Shown here in pieces: positions 48,245 through 61,700 of a stretch of DNA of 64,000 nt. A model generated the notes under the pieces. That model was given only the letters and a program-made list of their open reading frames with translations. It was not told the origin of the DNA and searched no databases. Numbering within the stretch: the stretch's first letter is position 1; every line of letters begins with the position of its first letter. The DNA comes from Lingula anatina (lineage: Eukaryota > Animalia > Brachiopoda). The position numbers and the translations under genes are program-made. The stretch lies in NCBI GenBank assembly GCA_051362555.1, contig CM120647.1, positions 19,444,651-19,508,650 on the forward strand, in the 5' to 3' direction.

Positions 48245-51200
48245 ATGGAGAGAGACACTTCGGTGCTAGTCGTGTTATTATGTTTAACACTGACCATTGC
48301 AGTGACTTCTGGTCAGCCATTAAACTGGAACCAGTGGTCGAGCTGGGGGAATGACCCCAACCCAGTGACGGGTAACGATTTTTACTATTACCAGCCTGAA
48401 GTGCAGATCAAGTACGGGAGAGTCCGAGGGTATTCTATCCAGTACAGGGGACACAACTGGAGATATGGCTACAGGAAATATGTGAACGTGTTTCTCGGGG
48501 TGCCGTATGCGAAACCTCCCATTGGGACGTTGAGGTTCAGGGTGAGGATTATTATTATTATTATTTTTTTTTAATGATTTAACTAATTTTTTATGACGCA
48601 TGCATCACTGTTTAACATTCATGAGTCATGGATATTCGTGCATTAAATTAATATTTTAGTTTTTTAAATACCTGTGTGTGTGGATAATTGTTTAAAAAAG
48701 TGCAAATTGCGCGCACAATTATTGAGTTAAGTTTGATTTTAAACATTTTGAAATGTAAGATCCAACCTTGCTAGACTTGAACTTTTTACATTTTTTTATG
48801 AAATAAAGTTGTTGTGGATGTAAAACTTATCTTTTTTAACTACTAGTAAATTAGCCAATTTAAAGAGAATTTGCCTTTGCTGGTTTAAATTATCAGCCTT
48901 ACTAAAAAAATATGGTCTTTTCAAGATAAGACATATAAATGGTTTAATTAACTGACAATTGATAAGATTAGGGTGGTAATTAATTAATTGATTAGTCAAT
49001 TAATTATAATTGAGCAGCCTGTCTGTTTTTTGTTGTTTTTTTTTAATTTTTTTTCCCTACTGCGATATTAAAACAAATCAGCACAGCTGTCAAACATACA
49101 GACCTAAAGCAGAAAATAACAAGAATAGTGCTCAAAAGAGGATTTTTGTTTTAACTTTGATCCAATATGACTTAATTATTTGTTTTAGTTTCCTGACCTT
49201 TTAAACGTAGTTTGAACACAATATATATATCATTATATATATGCTCCTGTAGCCCCCCGAGGAGCCTGACAAGTGGATGGAGAGAGACGTGGAGAGGTAT
49301 AAAACATGGGATGCCACCTACTACAGGCCAGCGTGTCCCCAGCCTAAGAACATTGTCCTGCAGCAGAACCTGCCTCACCACACCAATACCAGTGAGGACT
49401 GTCTCTACATGAATATCTTCACACCAAATGTAAGTGTGGTTTAGACTTGGTGGGGGTGGGGGGGGGCTGTTTAATAATGTGAGAATGCAGGTTTGCTTCA
49501 TAACTGTTTGGACCAATAAAAATTAATTAGGTTAACTGGCTGTTTTGAGAGTGGTACTTTGTTTTGATGAGTGTCTTATGTTGTAACCAGTATTATGTTG
49601 TCAATCAATATACTACACAGCGTGAAAATGGTCGCAAAGTCTTTTTATGTTATGTAGTCACTATGATACCTGTCTGAAATCAAGTGCGTGGTGTCCATTT
49701 TCAGATCACATATTACCCGTATTATGGCAAGAGGTGGCCAGTGCTAGTATATATCCATGGAGGAGAATTCACACACGGCTCAGCACAGATGTATCCTGGG
49801 ACAGTTCTTGCACAGAGACAAGTCGTTCTTGTAACGTTTAACTACAGGCTGGGTCCATTAGGTAAGGAATTGTGTACTTTCTGATAATTTACATACAGCT
49901 TTTTCAAAGGAGCAAAAATAGCAGAGTTTTTAAAGGCACAAAAGGAATTACCTTTTTCATTTATGCAAAGCATGAAAATCCATTAGATAAATTGAAAATG
50001 TTGTCTCTGTCTAAAGTAGTTTCCCCTTATAATCTAAAATTCTTGCAGTTCCATAATTATGTACACCTAAATACTTCATTTGTTTCACTTTTTTTTTTTT
50101 TTACTTTTATTCAATTTTTTTTATTAGAAAAAAATAATATCATTTTCCTAAAGATATGAAAACTTAGCAAAAAGAGGTCTGGTACAAGAGCTTATCACTC
50201 TCCATATAAGGCATGAACATTCTTACCTAGTAAGCAAATATGTTTTGCAGGTTTTCTATCTACTGAGGATGCAAAAGCCAGGGGGAATTATGGGATGTTG
50301 GATCAAGTTCGGGCTCTGGAGTTCATTAGAGAAAACATCTGGTATTTCTATGGAGACCCCAATAATGTCATGATATTTGGGCATGATGCAGGCGCAGTCA
50401 GTGTAGGGCTCCATCTGGTGTCAGATAAGTCGAGAGGAAGAAGTGAGTAAACCTTCTTTGAATGCAATTTGTATGGAGATTTGAGTGTTGGATTTGAATT
50501 GAAGCCAGTAACACCAAGCAAATTAAAAGTGCATAAATTTTCATTAGTTTTTTTCTCACACTCACTCAGTTGCCATCTTGTTTACACACACACTTAACAA
50601 CTTATTTACTCAGGCAATTACTCATCCACTCACTAATTAATAATTTATTTCCTTATCATAGTTGGTCAGTCATTATCCACTCACTCACTCAGTAATTCAT
50701 AGTTTATTCCTTCCTCCGCAATCACTAAATAATAAATTTATTTCTCCCAGAACTCTTCACCAAGGCGGCTGCAGCTGGAGGAGCAGATATGGTGGAGTGG
50801 GGGGTGATAGAGCCCAAGTACCGCCCCAGGGAGTATGCCTATGAACTGGGATACCGCCTGGGGTGTCCCGTGGATCACAATGATCACCACTCTCTGATCC
50901 AGTGCCTCAGGTAACTGGGGGAATCTAGAATCTCTTTTTGCAACAATTTTAGGGCTTGTTTCCAATGAAATTGTTGTTCTAGGTACTAGTAGATTAATCC
51001 AGCTCTATGGGACTATAGGTGAATGTAATTAGATTAACAAATTAACATGCCTCCACTTGTTTACAATGTACTGATATTATCACCAGTAGTTATAGCGAGT
51101 CCCCTGATGTTGGATCTATCTTTGTAGAATGATAGGTTCTTTGGGAATGGACCCTTATTCTTAGCCAGTCTGAAATGAAGTGACAATGTAACAAATTTTA

Positions 51201-54200
51201 TGGGCTTTTACTGTTCATGCCCGAAAATTATGGAAACTTGTCTAAAATCTCATCTTTTTCCAAGTTTTTATGATTAATCTTTAACAATAGTTTGTATCAT
51301 TTTAATATAATTATAATTTTGAAAAATGTATTATATATTATATATCTGTAAAGTACATGGGATGTGTTATTATAGGGAAATGTGCTATATATGAAAAAAA
51401 ATGAATATTTCAATTATTTTTATTATTATTATTTTATTTTTATTTATTTATTTTTTTAATCAGGTACACCAAGAGCTGGGAGGAGATTACCCTGGCTGGC
51501 CTCAATATTTCTAAGAGGGTGAGGACAACTGTGAATAATAGTGTGAAATATTTACATCTCTTTTACTATAATTGAAGGGTTTAAATCATTATGTATGATC
51601 AACATTATATTTTCCATGAACAAGGGAAAAAAACTGTGTTATCTTTATGACGTCAAGTAAGGATGAGTTCTAATTTACAGATGAGGAGAGAAAAAGTTCT
51701 GGTATTAATAGTGTTGCCTTTATTTGTGTAAATTTAGATAAAAGACATTTTGCCCAGAAAATCGATCTAAAATTTTGGACAAACAATTTGATATATATTG
51801 TAGTTCATTAGTCCATTTAAATGAAATAAGCATTGATCCTTCCTGCTATAGAAGATGCTGCTGATTTCTCTTGTGTCAAATAGACACATTTGAGTCTTAA
51901 AATTAAGCCCAATTTTCAGCAAAATTAATTTAGTTAAACAAGCTTGCAAACGGGGTGACCTGTTTGTTGATATAAAATGATATAAGATGGGAATTCTGTG
52001 TGCGATTTTATGTAACTTTGTATTCTCTTATGTCTTTCACCCCTGAAATGGGAATAAATAGATAAATAAGAATACTGAAGCATTGAGTGTGTATTTTCCA
52101 GGAATGGCTGCCTGCAGGCCCCTGGGCCCCTGTAGTGGATGGATATGATGGCTTCCTCACTGATACCCCACGAAACCTCAGAGAGAGAGGTGCAGTTGCA
52201 CCAGTCATGTTTTTGGCAGGGCTGTGTTTGAATGAGGGATCGTATTTGATACGTAAGTTCTATATGAAGTTGTGTACTTTCTTTTGAGAATTAATTTTCA
52301 TAGGGTGTATGGTGTACGTTTGCAGAAGCAGATGACAAATGGAAATGTAAAACTGTTTATTTGATTACACAAAAGACGACAAATACAGACTGAGTCCTTC
52401 ATTTGACTTTGAAATTAAATATTAAGTTAAATATATTATATATTAATTATCAATTGAGGATTCTGCCTGTAGGTGTGATAATTTATTTCTTTTTACATTA
52501 AAATACACTTTGAATCATTTGCCGAATTTGTTTAGAAACAAAATAGATAATAACAAAAGGTAATAATAAAGCCAAAAAAAAAAAAAATAATAATAATAAT
52601 AAATAAATAAAATTTACTTTGGATGGAGGAAACTTAAGGGTTTTATTAGCCCATTTGCCATTTTTTGCTCTCTTTGATAAGACATGATTTGGCTTCAATT
52701 TGTAACATGACTGCCAGAAATTTCATTGACCTCTCATCATTTCAGCCAACATCTCTCCCACCATGGGAAAAGGCATCACAGAGACGGAGTTTGACATGGC
52801 GGTAGACGACTTTCTGGCGAGACGAAGAATCTGGGACATTGAGAGGGCAAGGGAAGCAGTGAGGTTTGAGTATACGTACTGGACGAATCCAGACAATGCC
52901 ACTGCAAGGACACAGGAGTTGATGCATGTAGGTTATGAGACTCATCCCTAAGAATAAAGTTAAATTTGTGTTAAATCAACAGCTAAATATTGAAATTGTT
53001 TATGTCTAATATGTCAGTGTCTGTCAGAGCATCTTTTTGAGGGATTGAGGCTACAAAGGAGAATAACCTCCATTCAGACGATATATAATACTTGCCTCCC
53101 AAACTACTGCCTTAATATATTACTAGTAAGCTGTTGATTGAAGAAAGAATTATGTCATGATTATTCTTATTAAATAACAGGCTGCTGGAATTATTCTCTG
53201 ACTGTGTCATCCCTAAATTGATGGTGATGATAATAATGGTGTTGATGTATTTCAGTTATATGGTGATGATAATAATGGTGTTGGTGTATTTCAGTTATAT
53301 GGTGATGATAATAATGGTGTTGGTGTATTTCAGTTATATGGTGATGATAATAATGGTGTTGGTGTATTTCAGTTATATGGTGATGATAATAATGGTGTTG
53401 GTGTATTTCAGTTATATGGTGATGATAATAATGGTGTTGGTGTATTTCAGTTATATGGTGATGATAATAATGGTGTTGGTGTATTTCAGTTATATGGTGA
53501 TGATAATAATGGTGTTGGTGTATTTCAGTTATATGGTGATGATAATAATGGTGTTGATGTATTTCAGTTATATGGTGATGATAATAATGGTGTTGGTGTA
53601 TTTCAGTTATATGGTGATGATAATAATGGTGTTGATGTATTTCAGTTATATGGTGATGATAATAATGGTGTTGGTGTATTTCAGTTATATGGTGATGATA
53701 ATAATGGTGTTGATGTATTTCAGTTATATGGTGATGATAATAATGGTGTTGGTGTATTTCAGTTATATGGTGATGATAATAATGGTGTTGGTGTATTTCA
53801 GTTATATGGTGATGATAATAATGGTGTTGGTGTATTTCAGTTATATGGTGATGATAATAATGGTGTTGATGTGTTTCAGTTATATGGTGATGATAATAAT
53901 GGTGTTGGTGTATTTCAGTTATATGGTGATGATAATAATGGTGTTGATGTGTTTCAGTTATATGGTGATGATAATAATGGTGTTGGTGTATTTCAGTTAT
54001 ATGGTGATGATAATAATGGTGTTGATGTGTTTCAGTTATATGGAGATCTCAAGTATGGCGCTGGACTGGACTACACTTTGAAGAACGCCTCCAACTTAAA
54101 CAGGACGTATTTCTACGTGTTCCAGTACAGGTCAGAAATGGAGACAGAGCCAGGATGGAGGGGTGAGTGCCAAGGAGTCGTTTGTTTTGAAATTCTTCAT

Positions 54201-55408
54201 TTAAGCCCCCTTTACACTGGACGATGTCCTTTCTGCGTCCCATAGTATGGCTGTGTTTGAGAGTTAAAAAAACATTCTGTAACCTAAGCGATGTATGTGC
54301 CTCCTTTCTGTGACCACAGCAATGCTCAGGACTGTCCTGATAGTTTTATAAAGAAAATCCACAGTGAGAAAAAAATAGTTTAAGGCCTCGAGGCAGAGAT
54401 ACTTTTACTATATACCATTGCATGTAGAAGACATTATGACTAAGAATATTTAAACTATACAGTATGGTAACTGGCCATTGGAAGCCTGGAATTATACATA
54501 TATACCACATGGGGACAACGTTCAACATAATATTTAAATTACTCTGTCATATATTTAGGTATCCCCCATGGTGCTGACATCCCATATATCTTTGGTTTTC
54601 CCCACATGAACTACACTTTCGCCAACGTCAGTAGCATCAAGATTAATAAACTATATGACGGCTACTTGGACAGAAATATGAGTGACTTCATGATCACTGT
54701 GTATACGGAGTTTGCCAGAAGAGGGTAAGGCTTTGATCATTGAGGGTTAAAAATTTGATTAAAAGTGCAGCACCAACTTGGAACAGAATAATGTTATATG
54801 TGGTCTGCATATGTGTGCGATATAATACTATGTTCAATATATTTTTCTAGCTTAGAATTTTGATATTGTTTTATTTTGTCTTATAAGAAGTTCTTTAAAC
54901 AGAGACAATCACACATACTTTTGGTTAGGTGTTGGATGTTTTTTTCACTGATGGTTTGAACAATCCTACGTTTTACTAAGGTCTACATTACAATTAAATT
55001 GCTTTAGATTGTTGGATTTCAATTAAATAAGAAAAAAGTTGTTTCAAAATAAATTATTATTCAACCTTATTTAATTATTTAATGTTTTTTTCTTGACAAG
55101 TAATACAATATTTCTTTGACATGAGTTAATTTATTTCATTGTTTGGTACAATACCATAATGCCTGTCTTTTCTCTTCCAGCAACACGACACCTGATCTCC
55201 CAGAGGAAGGTGACATACGCCGCGACCACCTGCGTAATATCACCTGGCTCCCTGTTAACCCATACAATCTCACCTTCCTTGTGATTGACGAGTACCCCTA
55301 TCACGATGTGATGTATAGGCAGGACGAGTTTGCCTTCTGGATGTATAGGTTTTCAGAGGTTGTGGATCTTATTCCAGGTAAGAATTGTTGACATAGTATG
55401 TGTGTGTT

Positions 55409-55455
<47 letters not shown>

Positions 55456-55723
55456 GTGTGTGTGTGATTGTGGATGTGGAATTATTTGTGTGTGTGTGTG
55501 TGTGTGTGACCAAAGTTGGAGGTATGTAAGGATAATTTTAATAAAATGTATATTATGGTATATAAACTATTTTCCAGTGTTCACCACGCCCTGGCCAACC
55601 CCGGCTGCCTTCAGGGACTTCCAGATAGCCACCTGGGGACTGGTGGTCTTTGGGATTCTCGCCACGCTGATCATTGCCTGCCTCGCTGTGGCACTGATTC
55701 GAGCCAGAAGTAAATATGTATAG
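48245..55723 (+). CDS. Type-B carboxylesterase / neuroligin-like single-pass membrane protein, predicted catalytically inactive, about 668 aa, 12 exons
   Basis: Exons 48245-48541, 49253-49429, 49705-49861, 50251-50442, 50751-50910, 51464-51518, 52102-52252, 52746-52927, 54036-54162, 54559-54724, 55181-55377, 55578-55723. Signal peptide, [60 protein letters not shown] at the nucleophile position, NEG, PHGAD, C-terminal TM helix, tail RARSKYV*. Confidence 0.92.
53218..54043 (+). repeat. 39-bp minisatellite, about 21 copies, spanning the intron/exon-9 boundary of the esterase-like gene
   Basis: Unit TTATATGGTGATGATAATAATGGTGTTG(G/A)TGT(A/G)TTTCAG. AG ends run from 53255 to 54035 in exact steps of 39 bp. 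Confidence 0.97.
55399..55509. repeat. (TG)n microsatellite
   Basis: Seen directly. Confidence 0.95.
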
Positions 55724-58713
55724 TGAATGTGGATATGTCTTGTTGTCAGCCATGCAATGTGATGTGATGTGAGGCCCTTCAATCTTCTGGAATTATCATC
55801 ATAATTTTTTCTTATTATTTTAATATCATGGGAACATTTTTCTTTTTGTTGAAAAACTTTGGCAAATTTGTATAATAAAATTTAAGGCACTTTCTTTTTT
55901 TTTTTTTAAGTTGAGGCACTTTTTTTTAAATTTAACACTTCAACAATGCCTTTAGTTAAATATTAAAAAAATCTCTCATTGTTCACTCTTGTACCTATAA
56001 CTTAGGTATTTTTTTTGTACTTGTGACGAAAATATTTGAACAATTTGGAAGTCAGGATTTCTTAGTTTCTCTGCCAGAAACCTCACTGTTGAATATTTAT
56101 GATATTTTTTTTATTATGATGGTTTGACTCAAGTTTTTGAACTGCTTGATTGTACCTACTTTATGCACATAGTTTGTAAATATTTTTTATATATAGTGTT
56201 GAACTTCTCATTACATTTCCACAAAGTGTGGAATTGGAAGGTGATATATAGGAGAGTTCAGGTGTGCTTATGATATATTGAAAACATTCAAGTTGGTTGT
56301 GTCAACCTTTTACTGTCATCAAGATACATATTTATTATATATTGCACCAATTCTTGGATATGAATGGGACCAAACTTTTTAAATAAATCTGTTTTTAAAA
56401 TTATTTTTAAAACAATATCTCTGAATGTGTCAGCTGTGAAATTTATTAGTTTTTATAAATAAATGTAACAACTCTATCATTCCAGACCTGTAGTTGAAGA
56501 TTTTTCAACTTGGAAGCGTAATTATTTGTCACTCTGCCTGTGATGGTGAATGTCTTTCTCTTTTAAAACAGACTTTTTTCAAGAATGCTCTAGGTTTTGC
56601 ACTTATGTGACTTATTAATTCATGTTTTATTTGCTTATTTTATCAAAAGAACATGGTTGTCATTTTTATAATGCATTTTCATGGAGACAAAAAACAGAAG
56701 ACTGCTGCCTCTTCGTCTGAATAGAGTTGAAGTACTGTACCAAATATCACATTTTGAAGTAGGTTTAGAATTATGTAAATAATGGCTTTAGATTTTTAAT
56801 TGGAGTGCCAGGAATTGTAGTTGAAAAATAAACCTATAGAAAAAAACTATAAGGAAATAAAAAGTAGTCTCTTCACAACTGATAATGAACTTTGAACATT
56901 TTTGTATCTTCTTGTATAATAGTGATAATAGACTGAAAATTGTGTACTAACCTCATGAAATGGGGCGGTTGAAAAGCTGAATTGTTTAAATGGAAGCTTA
57001 ATTACTATGAGTAGTATGTGTTAAAAAAAGAAATAAAATGTTGATAAATATTTCTTGTTATAGCTGTCTGCCATCAAGTCCCATCATTTTTCTGTAATAG
57101 ACAAATAATACTTCAACAAGTTCATTTATTGGAATACATTTGTATGACACTTACGCTTATCACAGATAATTTCCAAAGCAAAGAAATCTTACTACTTACG
57201 AGATGTGCCGTAATAATTTTTATAAAATTCTACATTGAAAATGTGTGATGATTTTTTATGCCTGATAACCTCATCAATGCACTGGCTTAACTTACTCATT
57301 TAATATAATTACTAATAAGCAGCACACAACAAAATGTTAGCAATATTGTACTTATCAATTACGTTAATGTAATTTAAACAAAAAATGACGGTGAAGACTA
57401 CAAACCTCAGTATGTAAATTGTGCACTGAAATGCTTGATTTTTTTTTAATTTGCCAACTTTCCAAACTTAAAATTCCTTTATATTTTAATAACCACTTAG
57501 GTGGAAACTCAGGCCAAGTACCATAATAATAATTCTCAGTATCTTTATTGCACAAACTCCCATTTTCTTCCAAACCCTATATATTCCATTTCTCTACCAA
57601 AAATCATCACTTTATTTCCTAATTGGAAACAAATGCAGAACTGCAAAGGTGCACCTTGTGCTCAAACATTGCATGTTTGTCTGTACATGAAATATATTAC
57701 TGAACTCATCAAACATAGAAATGAGTAATATTATTTCAGAATCTCATGCTGATAAGTACCCAAAAATAAACATCTCATGCATCTGACTCGAAGAAAAATG
57801 TCACAAGTAAACGAACATCATGCTCTGGCCACCGATTCATAATTTCATTACATTTAGACGGATAACCTGTAATATACTGCAGTATATATTAATATATATA
57901 ATAGATATACATTCATATAAGTTAATAATGAGCAAAAACATTTTAATATCAAAGGCCAACTGATTTCATCTGATGACCCAATGCATAACAAAATTGAGTA
58001 AAAATTAATGCAATAATTTTTAATCACAATACATCTACCACCCACTTCTAACAACAAACATAATCTCTAAGTATCAAGAGTAGAATAGAAATCATGGCAA
58101 TCTTAAGAAGTTGTTATCATAATTGTCATAAATTGGCACAAACATTTAAAGAAAACATACCTCTCTATTCATACTATGACTACAAATCACAAAACATAAT
58201 TACAACAGCAAACTAACTCCACAAAAATAAATAACATCATATCATCTCAACAAAATTAAACCAACGAGATCAGAGGTAGACTCACACAAGAACTGTTGTG
58301 GACTGTAAATCAATATGACATCAGTAACTTTTTTATAATAACAACGCTACAAGTGAATATTTTTAACACTAAGTTTTTCCATCTGTAAGACAGAAGTTAG
58401 TACCAAAATGAGTGCAACTGCCTCATATAAACACCTGTCTGTCTTTTTCCTTGTGCCATCATGCTGCTTTTCTTGGCAAGTGCAATGGGTTCACCTATTG
58501 GCAAAGACTCTAGCAGCTGTACTTGAGCATTGCACAGTGCCTCCCCCTTTTGTTAAAAGAGTTTTTAAGCAATTCCCGGAAACTGTCAAGTGTGTCCATC
58601 TACAGCTGATGGGTTAAGAAGCATTCTTGAAGACAGGGTCAATTGTCTCCACCAACTGGATAAGTTTCAAATACTGCAGGAAGTGTCATATGACTGCCTG
58701 TGGCTCCATCTGA

Positions 58714-61700
58714 TCAAGTGGCTCCATCTGGAGGACGTGTATCTAACTTAAACAGCTTAATGTGCAGCTCTTCTGTCTTGACCTCAGGCAGCAGTTGCTC
58801 TAACAGGGCGTCTGCCAGACAGAACAGGAGGTGTTTGTTTAGTTTTACGCTGTCCAATGTGGCCATGATCTCCCTCACAGACATGGACAGGTCTTCATCA
58901 TCTAACAGTAGGGCCAGGAAACCTGGATTACAAAAGAGAAGATGTTGTGAGGTCCTCAACATCTAATAGGGAGAAGAAAACTGGACTGTATAAATCAGTA
59001 TATTGTGATACAATGCTATTGTTATAGAGAGGAAAATTTGGTGTTATGTGAGATAGATTTCAAATTAAGGGACTTATTTGACCCACTTCAATATTTGGAT
59101 TAACCAGAAAGGTGGAAGAAAGTCATTTCCATCAAAAATACATAATGGTACAAAAAAAAAAAAAAAAAAATTGTACAAATTTTTTTGGTCTTCCAAGCTT
59201 GAATAAATACTAAATGGCTGATACAGTTAATAAATTTGTAATAACTTCTAAGTAGCATTTGGCAGGCTTTAAATTTGAATTATTTCCAGTGATGTATGTC
59301 TGACTCAATAATTACCAGGATAGGCTTCATATAAACACCTCTCTGCCTGTTTCCTTGTGACATCATACTGCATCTGGCTTATGATTGGCTGTTCCTGGTC
59401 ACCTGGTCTCTTCCCATCATGCCACAGCAACTCTCTAAGGTTCTGAAGGTAGTGGGCACATCTTTCCTCAGTAGTGATGGATGCCACAGCTTCTTGTAGA
59501 AAACTGAAACAGATTTAGATATTGATAGACACAAAATTACCACAACTTTCACAGAGAACTGCAACCCTTGAAATGATAGACATAACACCTTGAGGCAAAA
59601 GCACCACAGACTGTGAATAAAAATGGCGACAGTTAATATGAAAGAAAATATAACCTTTCTTTCTCTCTTCCAACTTTCAGTTTGTTTTCAACAATTCCAA
59701 ATAATTTCAATAATTCTCAAACAATACGCTATAAAAGTTTTCTCTGTTGAAAATACTGATCTTTATCACAGTGAACAACAATTAAAATAGTCAAAATCAT
59801 CATCACTTCAGACAGATATATTATGTAATCCCCAGATGTCACACACGCAAAGCCTTTCCTGTCTCTGGAAAGAAAAAGAGCATTAATATCAAACAGATTA
59901 ATATCAAAACAGCTAGCACCGACCTTTCAACTCCTCTTCCCAATAATGTCCTGAAAGCTGAGATCGCTAAGTCATAACACACCCAGCTGGTGCTGCCATC
60001 TATTGTCTGTAAGCCTAGGTCCACCACCAAGTCTGTAAGTAAGAGTGCCTTCGATGGATCAACCTTTGTGCAGTCCTTTGCAGTCTGTGCTATGTCGGTT
60101 TGTAACAAACTTTCTGATTGGCTTGTCATATCTAACAAATCTTCACCTTCTGTTTTGGATTGGTCAGTTGCAGTCACATGTTCAGTAGATTTGGAAACAT
60201 GATCCACATTTCTTGATTCTGTCAATAAACATGTGGCATTAGGCTCATCCAAAACTGTACAATCTTTCAAATTTTTCACTTCATCAGTATTTGTGAGTGG
60301 ACTGATTGCGTCACTGTTAACATCTTCAAGGAATCCAGGGTTACTTGTCATGTCTTTCATTTTCTTCCCAAAAATTGAGCCCTGGGGTTTATCACTTTTC
60401 CCTGGAGATAACTTTTCATTAGGATCACAGTTTTTCACAGGAGCTGCCGGTTGACTGGAAAGAGTTTCATCCTGCAATTTCAAGTCCTTGTTTTCTTCTT
60501 GAATTGATAATTGGTGTTTGAGTCTAGAAAGCAGCATTTCTGTCCCAGCAGAAGCTGCACGTTGATCCTTGCATGTGACAGTACCATCCTCATTGCCAAC
60601 TGCTTCATGGGAAGATACTAATTCTTCAAGTGCTGTAGTCATAAGTACTTGATCCTGAGTAAAAAATTAAAAATTGACAATAAAACTTTGAGAGTGACGT
60701 ATGTTGTAGAGGTTTGAATTCCATTAATTTGTAAAATACACCTGGATGAGTCAAAATTCATAACCTTTCATACCTCACTTTCAGCCTTGGATCTTATCCT
60801 CAGAGCATCTGTATCTTCTGGCAGTTCAACATCGGCGGCAGTGGTGGGAGAAGTGCTCTCTAGTTTGGCCCTCTTCTCTCTAGTAGGCACTGTTACCAAC
60901 TTGTCCAGCTTGTCAAACACACCTGACACTGTCTTTACTATCACCTGTATGGATCCAAGTATTGCTTTAATTTATTTTATAACAATTGTGAGCCATTATT
61001 TATAATTCCTTATGCAGGTTCTATACATCTTTTAAAACTTTCTGTTCTACTTTATCATTTATTTATTTACTTGTCAATTTTAAATTATCTGTTCATTCTA
61101 TTATTTCATACATCAATAATTTTACTCATCTATCCACTTATGTATTTTTAACAAACCAAAGCAACCCAAAGAATCAAATGCAAGTTGCATTTCTTTGAAA
61201 CCTTACATCTGTTACACTAACCTTCAACACAAGAGTGGAATTCATAACTATCATACCTACCCTTGACACACCAGTCTCATTCAAATCTGACCTCAGCATA
61301 ATAGTAAAATATACAACTTGTCTATCTGTGTGTATCTTTAGAGGCTTTCAGTCATCACACCCAAAACACCCACAGCAGTCACACCCACGTTTTGTGTTTA
61401 ACTAACTATACCTTGTCTATCTGTGTGACTTGAGGAGGTTTCTTTACAAAGGCTATGTTGCCATCCCCAGCATATGCCAGGAACTCTCTCATCTCTGCAC
61501 TGGTGTTCAGCTCACTCTTGGCACACAGGGTCTGCAATAACAACACACCTGGGTTAATATTTCTGTTCAGTTCTGTGATAAAACAGACAGACCACTCTTA
61601 GCACACAGGGTCTGCAATAACAAGACACCAAGGTTAATATTTCTGTTAATTTCTGTGATAAAACAGACAGACCACTCTTGGCACACAGGGTCTGCAATAA

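Noticed and set aside
53218-54081. 287-aa ORF ([13 protein letters not shown])n as a multi-pass membrane protein
   Set aside because: It is an alternative frame of the 39-bp minisatellite; the gene's frame is [13 protein letters not shown].
58923-58962. SNX19 last exon starting at 58962 as in the ORF track
   Set aside because: In the phase required by the previous exon it hits TAA; the acceptor at 58922 restores the conserved frame.
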